Position numbers and translations under genes: made by a program. DNA of 64,000 nucleotides from Bacteroidota bacterium. GTDB lineage: Bacteria > Bacteroidota > Bacteroidia > Bacteroidales > JACABE01. The notes below the pieces were generated by a model. That model ran no database searches. It was given only the letters and a program-made list of their open reading frames with translations, and was not told where the DNA came from. Positions within the stretch are counted from its first letter, which is position 1. Each line of letters begins with the position of its first letter. Below, piece by piece: positions 8,456-18,113 of this stretch. Location: the NCBI GenBank assembly GCA_026391675.1, contig JAPLDQ010000048.1, positions 13,850 through 77,849 of the forward strand. The letters run 5' to 3'.

Positions 8456-11400
8456 ATGAAAAAAAGAAAAAATTTATTACGGCTTGGAATCATAGCCATT
8501 TTTTGTTTGACCACAGGTTTTACAAAAGCACAATCGTTTCCTTATGACTCAACAATGTTTAATATTGGTGATTTATGCAATCCCAATGCAACATTTATTG
8601 AAATTCAACAAAAAGCACAAACATATTTTGATACTCATCCTGAGTTAGACTCTGTTAATCCTATGTTAAAAAAATCATATAAGCAGTGGGAGACCTTTTG
8701 GCAAAACAGAGCAGTTTATATAAAGGGAGATACAATTATAGATAAATTAGGCGAAGTAGCTAATGCAATTGGTAGTCTTGATTATGCCATTTCACCAACA
8801 ATTAACAAAAAATGGATACAAATTACTCCTGATAAAGATGATTATCAAGATTTAGGTGTGGTAACATGTATTTGGAGTAAACCTGGTGATCTCAACTATA
8901 TTTTAGTTGGAACTGAATCTTCCGGTTTGTGGAAAACTATTGATGGTGGATTAAATTGGTATAATATTACTGATAGTTATACAGGACAAAATGCTAACTC
9001 AACTGGCTTTTTCTATCATTATCCTTTTGGGGTAAAATCTATTGCGGTTTCACCATTTACTTATGATACTATTTTAATTGCATGTACAATTCCTTTTGGC
9101 TTTAATGATTTAAACTCTAATGGTTTTGGAATAATAAAATCTATAGATGGAGGAAGTACATGGACTAAAACAAGTTTATTTAATAGTTCCGATCCGAATA
9201 ATTATGATTTAGGCTTAAATGCAGGGATAATAAAGATTATGTTTGACCCAATAAGTCCAAATTGGGTGTTAGCTTTAAGCCGCTCAAAATTATATATTTC
9301 AAATAATTTGTTTGCAAATTTTACAATAACTGTTAAATTAGATAATACTTTAACTAACTCACCTTTATCTTCTACCGGGAGCGATTATAAAAATTTAAAT
9401 TTACGTGATATAGAAGTATTAGAAATTACACAAACTAGTAGTACTTTCGATAGAAAAATATTAATAAGTACAGATTCATATAATGGTATATCAGCACAAT
9501 TATTAGTTGCTCAATTGCCAGATTATACAAGTAATTCTTGGACATGGACAATTATTACAAATTTATTATCCCACAATAATTATAAAGATGTTATTGCAAT
9601 TTCAGTTGATGACCACTCGTTTGGTCCATCTAATAATTTATATGTTGCTTATAATATAAATGAAGTTCAAGTTGGCAATCCATCAAATAATAAAAAGTTT
9701 GTAGTAGATCATTTAATAAGCATTAACTATTCTTCTATTCAAAATTATAATAATTATTGGTTATACCATGATGATAAATTGACTTCTCCTTGTGCCGGTT
9801 TTGGAAATTATTATGATAGTTTTGATTGGATTTATCCAGATTTAAAATTTGTCATAGGTGGATATGGAATCACAGTATTAATGGCTGAAGATTCAAAAAG
9901 TAGTAATGAATTTGATTATTACAAAACGTATAATTACACTACACCACATTTACCTTTATTACCACCCAACGACGAAAATTCTGGGAAAAATAGAACAATG
10001 CATTATGGTGTTAAAGGAATATTTTCTGCAGTAGGAAATCCAAATAATTATAATATAAATAGATATATAACTTATGTTGCAACAGAGGGGGGGATTACAA
10101 AAATTAATCATGATGCAAATACAATTTGTAAAATAAAAAACATCAATGGTAAAGGTCTTGCTATACAGCAATTTAATGATATTGCTTCAACCAAAAACAA
10201 TGAAGCTGATGTATTAGTAGGTGGAACAATGCACAATGGATATTGGGGTCGAAAAGCAACAAATGCCAATTGGGAAAATTATTGGTTAGACGATGGTGGT
10301 AAAGTAGTAATTAATGATACATTGCCAAATTTCTTGTATGGAGTTACTTATTCTACATGGAGTTTGATTGAACCAGAAAATATAGCAGTGCAAGGAGGTA
10401 AGTTTATACGTTCTAATCAAGGATTAACCTTAAATACAACAATTATTCCGCATATTTTTCCTTATACTGAAAATACTGTAGGACAAATTAATCCATTAGA
10501 TCCCATTGCAAATATACCACCTTTAATTGTTGATCAAACAACAAAGAATATATTGTATTTGGGAGGGCATAATGTGTATAAATCCGCTGATAATGGTACT
10601 AATTGGAGTCCAATATCAGGGCTTCCCTCCAATGTACATGCTAATGCATTAAAAGTTATAGTACAATCACCATCAAATCCTGATATAATGTATGCTTCAT
10701 TTGAGAATCCAACTTGGTGTCGTGATTATCTTGATTTAACTACTTTTACTACAACCGCTACATTTACATATTGGCCCAACAATTGCTATAAGACAGAAAC
10801 ACATAAATTATACAAAAAAACAAGTGTAATTTGGAATGATATTACTCAAAATGTAGGTTGTCAAAATGCTTTAAGTTGGACAGCTATAAATGATATTTTA
10901 ATTAATCCAACGAAACCAAGTGAAGTATGGACTGTACAGGGAGGCGCATGGAATTTAAATGGTTGGAATACTAATCAGGGAAGAAATCGTGTTTTATTTT
11001 CTTCAGATGGAGGAAGTCTTAATTCATGGACAGATATATCTACAGGCTTAAGTTGTTTGTCAGTAAATTGTATTCGGTTTATTAAAAATGAAAACAATGC
11101 TGATGATTATATGCTTATTGTTGGTACTGATGCAGGAGTATATTATAGAAATAAGGGCGATGCTCAATGGACAGCTTATCGCGACGGAATGCCATTAGCT
11201 ATTGTAACTGATATTGAAGTATATGAAAAAGGGAAAAAAATAAGAGCAGCAACCTTTGGCAGAGGAATCTGGGAAGCTGAGATCCCTTGTTTTAATGAAT
11301 CAGCAGCATATACAACTATTAATACAACCCCATTGTATTGGAATACAAATCAATTATCTTCAGGAATACACATCTTACCAGGTAAAACATTAACAATTAC

Positions 11401-13909
11401 TTCAAATGTCCGCTTTTCAAATGGTGCAACTGTTATTATTGATGAAGGAGCTAAATTAATTGTAAATGGTGGTACTTTAGAAGCTTGTCCAGGCGAAATG
11501 TGGGGAGGTGTTAGAATTCAAGGTTCAATGGAAATAGATCCTGAAAACTTTATTGAATCTAATCATGCAATTATACAAATAAAAAATTATGGAACTATTA
11601 AAGATGCTGAGATAGCTATAAAAGATATTGGAGGAGGAGTAATTTATATGGATAGCGCCAATTTTATAAATAATCGAATTGCTGTTCAAATGAATGAATA
11701 TACGTATCGCCCGGAAAAAAGCTATTTTCAAAATTCCTATTTTAAAACAAATAGTTTATTTCATGATCCTGTAAATTATCCTTTTCAATATTTTGTTGAA
11801 TTAAATGGTGTTTATAAACTCAATATTTTAGGTTGTAAATTTGAAAATCAAATACCAGTTGGCATTAATAATAATTGGGCAACAAATGGTATTGGTATAA
11901 AAAGTTATAATTCAGTTTATAATGTATGTGATAGATGCAATAATCCAATAATATTACCTGAAAACACACCTTGTCCACAGGAGTATTATTCCGATTCAAA
12001 GTTTATTAACTTAGATTATGGTCTTTATGCTTTTGCTACCAATACATTTTGGAACTTTAATACCAAAAATACAACATTTGATAATAATAACAGAGGAATT
12101 TATGCCATGAATATTTATAATGCATCATTTACTTTAAATACATTTAAGGTGCCATTAATACCGTTACAACCTTATAATATGGTTTCATATATTGGAGCTT
12201 ATGGCATGTATTTAATGAATTGTAATAATTATACTGTAGAATCAAATATTTTCGATAAAGCAGATAATTATCCGATGGTTTCTGTAGGTATAATTATTAA
12301 TAGTTCAGGAAGTGCATATAATTCTATATATAATAATAAATTTAAAAATATAAAATTTGCTGCTACTCTTGCACAAGATATTAATAGAGATATAAATCAA
12401 AATAACGGTTTGAAAATAAAGTGTAATGACTATAGAAACAATAATCAAGATATTGCAGTTGTAGATTTTACAGGAATTGGTGGTATTTCTAAAATACAAG
12501 GTGCAAATGCTACAGTTAATGATCCATTAAAAGATCAAAAACCTGCAGGCAATACTTTTTCACAAACCGCTTTGATTTCTGATATTGATAATACATTAGG
12601 TCATAATTTTGATTATTATTATCATAATGGAATAACAGAAAATTGGGTACCAGTATATTATACTAATTCAAATGTTTTAATAAATAAAGATCAATTTTCA
12701 ACTTATAATAAATCACTTTCTTGCCCCTCAATTGCTGTTACAAATCCATATACTTCAAACTTACCCGGTTTATCTACGTTACAACAAGGATTTACAGAAA
12801 ATACACTTGCATATAACTCTTCAAAACTAATTCTGCAAATATGGTTAGACGGAGGAAATACAGAAGAATTAGAACAAACGGTTGAACTTAGTTATCCATG
12901 GGAAGCCTATGAATTATTTCAAAGTTTAATAGGATTGTCACCATATTTGTCAGAAGATGTGTTGGTTGCAGCAATTCAGAATGAAGATGGATTGCCACCT
13001 TATATGTTAAAATTAGTACTATTAGCAAATCCTCAATCCATACGTTCAGATAGAGTTATGGAAGCATTAAATAATAGATGCAATCCATTTCCACCTGAAT
13101 GGATAGATGAATTAATGGAAGAAAATAATGTTATTTCTCCTGTAGAAGACTTACAAGCTGATGTATCATATTATGCTTCTTTGCGCAAAACGTATATTGA
13201 TCTAATAAAACAATATTATCTTGCAGATACTGTTTCAGATGCATTGGAATCATTCCAAAAATTGTTAGAAACTGAAACTGATTTGAATTCTAAATATGAG
13301 CTTGTATTTGCTAAATTATCCAATAATGAAATTGTAGCTGCAAACGAATTGCTAAATAATATAAATAATATTATACCAAACGATGTGGAAAGACAAAAAT
13401 ATGATAAATTGACACAAATTATTCCAATCATAATTCAATTGAATTATGAAGGATTAAATTGGGAAGAAATCAATCAAAGTAAAATCATAGAATTCAGTGA
13501 AACTAATAATGATTTACCTGGTGGACTGGCAAAAGCATTGCGTTTACATTATGATCCTAATTATGTTTATCAAGAACCTATTTATGTTAATTCAACTCAA
13601 ACTGAATATGCAAAGCCTCCTCATTCACAGATTAAAAAAGATAATCAAATTAATAAGAATTATTTCAGCATAACACCTAATCCTGCCAGTGATTTCATTG
13701 TCATACAATATAAATCTAATGAAGTCACTAATGATGTAGATTTATTTATATATGACATACAAGGAAAATTACTATTAGAACAAAAACTTAATACCAAAAT
13801 AAATCAGGATTTTGTTGACATCAAAAAATTAAACAATGGTTATTATCAATGTAAACTTTTAGTTAATGGCAAACGACAATTTGTTGAAAAATTAATAATA
13901 AAACATTAA
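8456..13909 (+). CDS. Giant secreted T9SS cargo: Asp-box (BNR) beta-propeller + parallel beta-helix + helical region + type-A T9SS C-terminal domain
   Basis: 1817 aa with a signal peptide ending TKAQ. Asp-boxes: TIDGGLNW, SIDGGSTWTKT, SADNGTNWSPIS, SSDGGSLNSW. Also TFGRGIWEAEI, beta-helix-like NNRIAVQMN/NNRGIYAMNI repeats, and a C-terminal ITPNPASDFIVIQY...KLIIKH. Confidence 0.8.
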   Translation: MKKRKNLLRLGIIAIFCLTTGFTKAQSFPYDSTMFNIGDLCNPNATFIEIQQKAQTYFDTHPELDSVNPMLKKSYKQWETFWQNRAVYIKGDTIIDKLGEVANAIGSLDYAISPTINKKWIQITPDKDDYQDLGVVTCIWSKPGDLNYILVGTESSGLWKTIDGGLNWYNITDSYTGQNANSTGFFYHYPFGVKSIAVSPFTYDTILIACTIPFGFNDLNSNGFGIIKSIDGGSTWTKTSLFNSSDPNNYDLGLNAGIIKIMFDPISPNWVLALSRSKLYISNNLFANFTITVKLDNTLTNSPLSSTGSDYKNLNLRDIEVLEITQTSSTFDRKILISTDSYNGISAQLLVAQLPDYTSNSWTWTIITNLLSHNNYKDVIAISVDDHSFGPSNNLYVAYNINEVQVGNPSNNKKFVVDHLISINYSSIQNYNNYWLYHDDKLTSPCAGFGNYYDSFDWIYPDLKFVIGGYGITVLMAEDSKSSNEFDYYKTYNYTTPHLPLLPPNDENSGKNRTMHYGVKGIFSAVGNPNNYNINRYITYVATEGGITKINHDANTICKIKNINGKGLAIQQFNDIASTKNNEADVLVGGTMHNGYWGRKATNANWENYWLDDGGKVVINDTLPNFLYGVTYSTWSLIEPENIAVQGGKFIRSNQGLTLNTTIIPHIFPYTENTVGQINPLDPIANIPPLIVDQTTKNILYLGGHNVYKSADNGTNWSPISGLPSNVHANALKVIVQSPSNPDIMYASFENPTWCRDYLDLTTFTTTATFTYWPNNCYKTETHKLYKKTSVIWNDITQNVGCQNALSWTAINDILINPTKPSEVWTVQGGAWNLNGWNTNQGRNRVLFSSDGGSLNSWTDISTGLSCLSVNCIRFIKNENNADDYMLIVGTDAGVYYRNKGDAQWTAYRDGMPLAIVTDIEVYEKGKKIRAATFGRGIWEAEIPCFNESAAYTTINTTPLYWNTNQLSSGIHILPGKTLTITSNVRFSNGATVIIDEGAKLIVNGGTLEACPGEMWGGVRIQGSMEIDPENFIESNHAIIQIKNYGTIKDAEIAIKDIGGGVIYMDSANFINNRIAVQMNEYTYRPEKSYFQNSYFKTNSLFHDPVNYPFQYFVELNGVYKLNILGCKFENQIPVGINNNWATNGIGIKSYNSVYNVCDRCNNPIILPENTPCPQEYYSDSKFINLDYGLYAFATNTFWNFNTKNTTFDNNNRGIYAMNIYNASFTLNTFKVPLIPLQPYNMVSYIGAYGMYLMNCNNYTVESNIFDKADNYPMVSVGIIINSSGSAYNSIYNNKFKNIKFAATLAQDINRDINQNNGLKIKCNDYRNNNQDIAVVDFTGIGGISKIQGANATVNDPLKDQKPAGNTFSQTALISDIDNTLGHNFDYYYHNGITENWVPVYYTNSNVLINKDQFSTYNKSLSCPSIAVTNPYTSNLPGLSTLQQGFTENTLAYNSSKLILQIWLDGGNTEELEQTVELSYPWEAYELFQSLIGLSPYLSEDVLVAAIQNEDGLPPYMLKLVLLANPQSIRSDRVMEALNNRCNPFPPEWIDELMEENNVISPVEDLQADVSYYASLRKTYIDLIKQYYLADTVSDALESFQKLLETETDLNSKYELVFAKLSNNEIVAANELLNNINNIIPNDVERQKYDKLTQIIPIIIQLNYEGLNWEEINQSKIIEFSETNNDLPGGLAKALRLHYDPNYVYQEPIYVNSTQTEYAKPPHSQIKKDNQINKNYFSITPNPASDFIVIQYKSNEVTNDVDLFIYDIQGKLLLEQKLNTKINQDFVDIKKLNNGYYQCKLLVNGKRQFVEKLIIKH

Positions 13910-13925
13910 TTTTGTAATTAAAGAT

Positions 13926-13955
13926 CTCCTCTTTTATAATTAGAGGAGTTCTTTT
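13926..13955 (+). terminator. Rho-independent terminator after the giant cargo gene
   Basis: CTCCTCT (13926-13932) / AGAGGAG (13942-13948), a 9-nt loop, and a TTCTTTT tail. Confidence 0.6.
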
Positions 13956-13972
13956 AAATAAAAAAAATCAAA

Positions 13973-15481
13973 ATGAAAAAATTATATGTATTTTTTATTC
14001 TAATTATATTAGCAAAATCAGTGATTTGCCAAACAATAACGTATAATAAACTATATACACCTTACCCAAATAACTCAACAAATACTTTTAACGCATCATC
14101 AATTATCAATGAAAGAAATCATTATTTTTTTGTCGGTTATGGTAATGATACAATAAACAGTAATTTTCAGAGTCTTATTTTTTGTAAAATTGATTCAATA
14201 GGAAATGTATCCAGAAAATTCACTTTAACTAAAACAGGCTGGAATTATTATCCGGAAGCTCAGACTTTAATAAAATGTAAAAATGGAGGATTTTTATATT
14301 TAGGGCAAAAAGATACTGCAAACTATAATCCCGAGCATATTGTAATTCGTTTTGATGATAATTTGGACACAGTTTGGACTAAGACGATACATAATTATAA
14401 TGTAGAATGGGAAGCATTTATACAGCAAAAAGAAACTTCTGATAATGGATTGATTTTTATCGGTGGTATAGAATTAAGTTTTAATAATTTAGGTGTTTTA
14501 TTGGTAAAATCAGATAGCCTTGGAAATCAGATATGGAGAAAAATCTTTAATTTGCCTGATCGTAGTGGAGCTTCCAGAATTATTGAAACTCCTGATAAAG
14601 GTTTTTTGATAAAAGGATTCCATGATACACAAGTTACCGGTAATGGTGGCCCATTTCTGATTAAAACTGATAGTCTCGGAAACCAGCAATGGTATAAGGA
14701 TATAGGCGGAAATCAATATGATGGGAGTGCCGCAATTGCATTGACAAACGATAGTAATGTTCTGGTTGCTTATGGCTATTCTACTTATTCTTATCCTCAA
14801 AATGCAGCTTGGAAAGCACGACTTAATGTGATTAAATATAGATTAGATGGAACTGAAGTTTGGAATAAATTTTATGATTCAATTTATTCTGATTTAGAAG
14901 TAACAAAAGTTCAAATATTTCCAGATAATAACTTTATTGTAATGGGTTATTATCAATCTATAGATAGTGTATCTTATTTTTCTTCATTTTTATTTAAATA
15001 TAATTTTAACGGAGACAGTTTATGGAGAAAGAAATATTTTTTAAATTTTCAAGATATCGATATGAATGGATTATATGACAATGTCCTTAATCCTAATAAA
15101 GGAATAACTGCTTGTGGTGCAGTTATAGGTCATCAATTAACTGTACCTCAACAAATCTGGCTATTAAAAACTGACAGTACAGGCTATGCCCCAGGTCCGC
15201 AAAATATCAGTGTTCAGGAATATACAAATAATATACCTACTGTTAGGGTTTTTCCAAATCCTGCATCGGATTTTATTAATATTATTCTGAATGAAAATAA
15301 TAAAAATTGTCAGGTAGAAATTTATTCTAATATTGGTCAATTGGTATATACAGAAGAAAGAAAATCATTCACAAATCATCTGCATATAAATACTATGAAA
15401 TTCCATAATGGTCTTTATAAAATTGTTGTAAAAGAAAAAGGGGATATTAGGGGGCAGGCATCGTTTTTAATTACGAATTAG
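13973..15481 (+). CDS. Secreted beta-propeller-like repeat protein with type-A T9SS C-terminal domain
   Basis: 502 aa with a signal peptide. Repeated D(S/T)LGNQ.W / GDSLW / DTVW blades, and a C-terminal VFPNPASDFINIIL...ASFLITN. Confidence 0.75.
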   Translation: MKKLYVFFILIILAKSVICQTITYNKLYTPYPNNSTNTFNASSIINERNHYFFVGYGNDTINSNFQSLIFCKIDSIGNVSRKFTLTKTGWNYYPEAQTLIKCKNGGFLYLGQKDTANYNPEHIVIRFDDNLDTVWTKTIHNYNVEWEAFIQQKETSDNGLIFIGGIELSFNNLGVLLVKSDSLGNQIWRKIFNLPDRSGASRIIETPDKGFLIKGFHDTQVTGNGGPFLIKTDSLGNQQWYKDIGGNQYDGSAAIALTNDSNVLVAYGYSTYSYPQNAAWKARLNVIKYRLDGTEVWNKFYDSIYSDLEVTKVQIFPDNNFIVMGYYQSIDSVSYFSSFLFKYNFNGDSLWRKKYFLNFQDIDMNGLYDNVLNPNKGITACGAVIGHQLTVPQQIWLLKTDSTGYAPGPQNISVQEYTNNIPTVRVFPNPASDFINIILNENNKNCQVEIYSNIGQLVYTEERKSFTNHLHINTMKFHNGLYKIVVKEKGDIRGQASFLITN

Positions 15482-15500
15482 GAAATTACGAATTACGAAT
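15469..15500. repeat. Heptamer/decamer word stutter (AATTACG/AATTACGAAT x3) spanning a stop codon
   Basis: aattacgaat tagg aaattacgaattacgaat. The first copy encodes the last codons (I-T-N-stop) of the 13973-15481 gene. Confidence 0.8.
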
Positions 15501-15692
15501 GTGTTGAGAAATTATATTATGTTAAATCAATCAATTAGGAGTTTAATTTCGACGAAGTCTGCTTATGCATGGGCTAGTGCACAAGACTTCGCCTAACGGG
15601 GTATTCACGAATTTATCAGCGTAAATCTGTTAAATCTGTGTGCCATCTTTTTCCATAACAGACATAACTCTCAAAGCTCTGCCATAACTTCA

Positions 15693-15718
15693 GACTTCCG
15701 TCTTCGGACTTCCGACTT
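15693..15718. repeat. Octamer word stutter (GACTTCCG) abutting the uvrC stop
   Basis: gacttccg tcttcg gacttccg actt. The related word GAAGTC/GACTTC also forms an 8-bp inverted repeat at 15553-15560 / 15584-15591. Confidence 0.7.
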
Positions 15719-17543
15719 ATTCTTTTAGTTTTTCTTTGGAAAAGTAGTTTATGATAATCTCTGCCTTGGCTTTGCCAATTACTTTCTGAATTTCTTCTGT
15801 ACCGGCTTTTTCAATATTTTTTACCGATTTAAATTTGCGTAACAAGACTTGTGCTGTGGTGTAGCCGATGCCATCAATCTCAGTCAAAACTGATTTAATG
15901 GTAGCTTTGGATCTTTTGCTTCTGTGGTGAGTAATGCCAAAACGATGGGCGTCGTCACGCAATTGCTGAATTATTTTTAAGGTTTCTGATTTTTTATCCA
16001 GATACATAGGAATGCTGTCGTCAGGATAATATATTTCTTCCAGCTTTTTAGCTATTCCTATTATACTTATTTTTCCTCTGAGATCCAGTTTCTCCAGGCT
16101 TTTAATAGCAGCACTTAACTGGCCTTTTCCGCCATCAACTATGATGAGTTGAGGCAATGGCTGCATTTCCTCAGTTAATCGCTTATAACGCCTGTAAATC
16201 ACTTCTTCCATCGAAGCAAAATCATTGGGTCCTTCTACTGTTTTAATATTAAAATGCCGGTATTCTTTTTTATCAGCTTTGGCATTTTTAAACACTACCA
16301 TGGCAGCAACCGGATATGCCCCCTGAATGTTCGAATTATCAAAACATTCAATATGCTTGGGTAATTCATTCAAACGCAAATCCTTCATCATCTGATTTAA
16401 AATCCGCTTGGTATGACGTTCGGGGTCAATCAGGTCTTTTTGCTTTTGCTTGTCGAGTTTATAGAATTTTGCATTGCGTTCCGATAAGTCAAGCAATTGC
16501 TTTTTATCTCCCCGCTGAGGGATAGTTACCAGCGTTTTTTGTAAGTCAACATCCAGTGCAAAAGGAACAATAATTTCCTTGGATGCACTGTTGAACCGCT
16601 GACGTAAATCCACAATGGCCAGGGTTAATAATTCCTCTGCCGTTTCATCCAGTTTCTTTTTTATTTCAACAGTATGCGTCTGAACAATAGCACCATCAAT
16701 AACTTTCAGAAAATTAACAAAAGCAGCATTTTCATCGGTAACAATGGAAAATACATCAACATTATCAATAGCCGGATTTACAATGGTAGATTTGCTCTTA
16801 TAGTTTTCCAGATGTTCCATCTTCAGTTTAATAAGCTGGGCTTTCTCAAATTCCATATTATCTGCAAGATTCATCATTAAATCTTTCAGTTGTTTCAGCA
16901 CATTGGAAATATTTCCTTTAATAATCTCCTTGATTTCACTGATTGTTTGATTGTAATCTTCCGTTGTTTGATGTCCTTCGCAAGGACCTTTACAGTTTTT
17001 GATATGGTACTCAAGGCAGACTTTATATTTTCCGCTTTTTATATTGTTGTCCGATAGATTTAACTTGCAGTTTCTGATCTGGTATAGTTGCCTTATCAGT
17101 TCAAGCAAGGTATTCATCATTCTTACCGACGCATAGGGCCCAAAATACTGCGATCCATCCTTTATTACATTACGGGTTGGGAATATACGCGGGAAAGCTT
17201 CATTTTTAATACAAATCCATGGATAGGTTTTGTCATCTTTCAGCAATACATTGTAGCGGGGCTGGTATTTTTTTATAAGATTGTTTTCGAGTAAAAGTGC
17301 ATCTAATTCTGTATCAACAATCATAAATCTGATATCGGCAATCTTGCGCACCAATACCGCTATTTTCCCATTTTCGAAAGTTTCTTTATTAAAATAAGAA
17401 TTAACTCTTTTCTTCAGGTTTTTAGCTTTCCCGATATAAATAATAGTCCCTTTATCGTCAAAATACTGATATATACCCGGTTTCTCAGGTATAGTCTTTA
17501 AAATTGACTTTATATGCACAAGAAATTTATGCTCAGGATTCAT
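15717..17543 (-). CDS. uvrC: Excinuclease ABC subunit C (UvrC)
   Basis: 608 aa with an N-terminal GIY-YIG domain (GIYQYFD...IYIGKAKNLKKRV), a UVR domain, an Endo V-like domain and a C-terminal (HhH)2. Confidence 0.92.
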   Translation of the reverse strand: MNPEHKFLVHIKSILKTIPEKPGIYQYFDDKGTIIYIGKAKNLKKRVNSYFNKETFENGKIAVLVRKIADIRFMIVDTELDALLLENNLIKKYQPRYNVLLKDDKTYPWICIKNEAFPRIFPTRNVIKDGSQYFGPYASVRMMNTLLELIRQLYQIRNCKLNLSDNNIKSGKYKVCLEYHIKNCKGPCEGHQTTEDYNQTISEIKEIIKGNISNVLKQLKDLMMNLADNMEFEKAQLIKLKMEHLENYKSKSTIVNPAIDNVDVFSIVTDENAAFVNFLKVIDGAIVQTHTVEIKKKLDETAEELLTLAIVDLRQRFNSASKEIIVPFALDVDLQKTLVTIPQRGDKKQLLDLSERNAKFYKLDKQKQKDLIDPERHTKRILNQMMKDLRLNELPKHIECFDNSNIQGAYPVAAMVVFKNAKADKKEYRHFNIKTVEGPNDFASMEEVIYRRYKRLTEEMQPLPQLIIVDGGKGQLSAAIKSLEKLDLRGKISIIGIAKKLEEIYYPDDSIPMYLDKKSETLKIIQQLRDDAHRFGITHHRSKRSKATIKSVLTEIDGIGYTTAQVLLRKFKSVKNIEKAGTEEIQKVIGKAKAEIIINYFSKEKLKE

Positions 17544-17550
17544 TAAATCT

Positions 17551-17583
17551 GGTGATTTGGTGATTTAGTGATTTGGCGATTTG
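17551..17583. repeat. Octamer microsatellite (GGTGATTT x4), reverse complement of the 6549-6586 array
   Basis: ggtgattt ggtgattt agtgattt ggcgattt g. It lies between the gldH-like stop and the uvrC start. Confidence 0.85.
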
Positions 17584-17613
17584 AAATAATAATGTTTACT
17601 TCAGATTCACTTC

Positions 17614-18087
17614 TCATTTCTTCAGTTCTGCTTTTTCTACTCTTATGCCGAAGTCAGCCAAACCAACAACATCCAGATAGTCCATGAGGTTGTCAATCTG
17701 AAATTTATAGGTTCCGGCCTGATTGAAAACTATTTTTTCTTTGGCCAAAAATTCTACATCCCATAAATCGCCGGCACCAGAACCAATAAACTTGCCCTGA
17801 CTGTCTTTGATTTTTATAGTATGCATGGTTGTTCTTTCTTCACCGGAAGGCGAATAAATAGTGAAATTAACTTTTAAATCATCGTAAGGATATTGGGTAA
17901 TATGCCTTACTGTCAGATAAATATTATACTCAGATTCTGTATCTTTTACAGGAACTTCAAAAAACAGGGATTTCATACGATTCCATGTATAATTGTCAAA
18001 ATCCTGACGTTTTTCGTAAATATTGCTTTTGCTGCATGAAGTTAAAATTAAAATACTTAATGCAATGAATGTGAATGTTCTTTTCAT
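17614..18087 (-). CDS. gldH: Gliding-motility lipoprotein GldH-like
   Basis: 157 aa with lipoprotein signal LILTSC. Its size and the motifs YPYDDLKVNF..SPSGEE and FGIRVE match my recollection of GldH. Not searched. Confidence 0.5.
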   Translation of the reverse strand: MKRTFTFIALSILILTSCSKSNIYEKRQDFDNYTWNRMKSLFFEVPVKDTESEYNIYLTVRHITQYPYDDLKVNFTIYSPSGEERTTMHTIKIKDSQGKFIGSGAGDLWDVEFLAKEKIVFNQAGTYKFQIDNLMDYLDVVGLADFGIRVEKAELKK

Positions 18088-18113
18088 GGTATTTAAAAAT
18101 TACAATTTATAAA

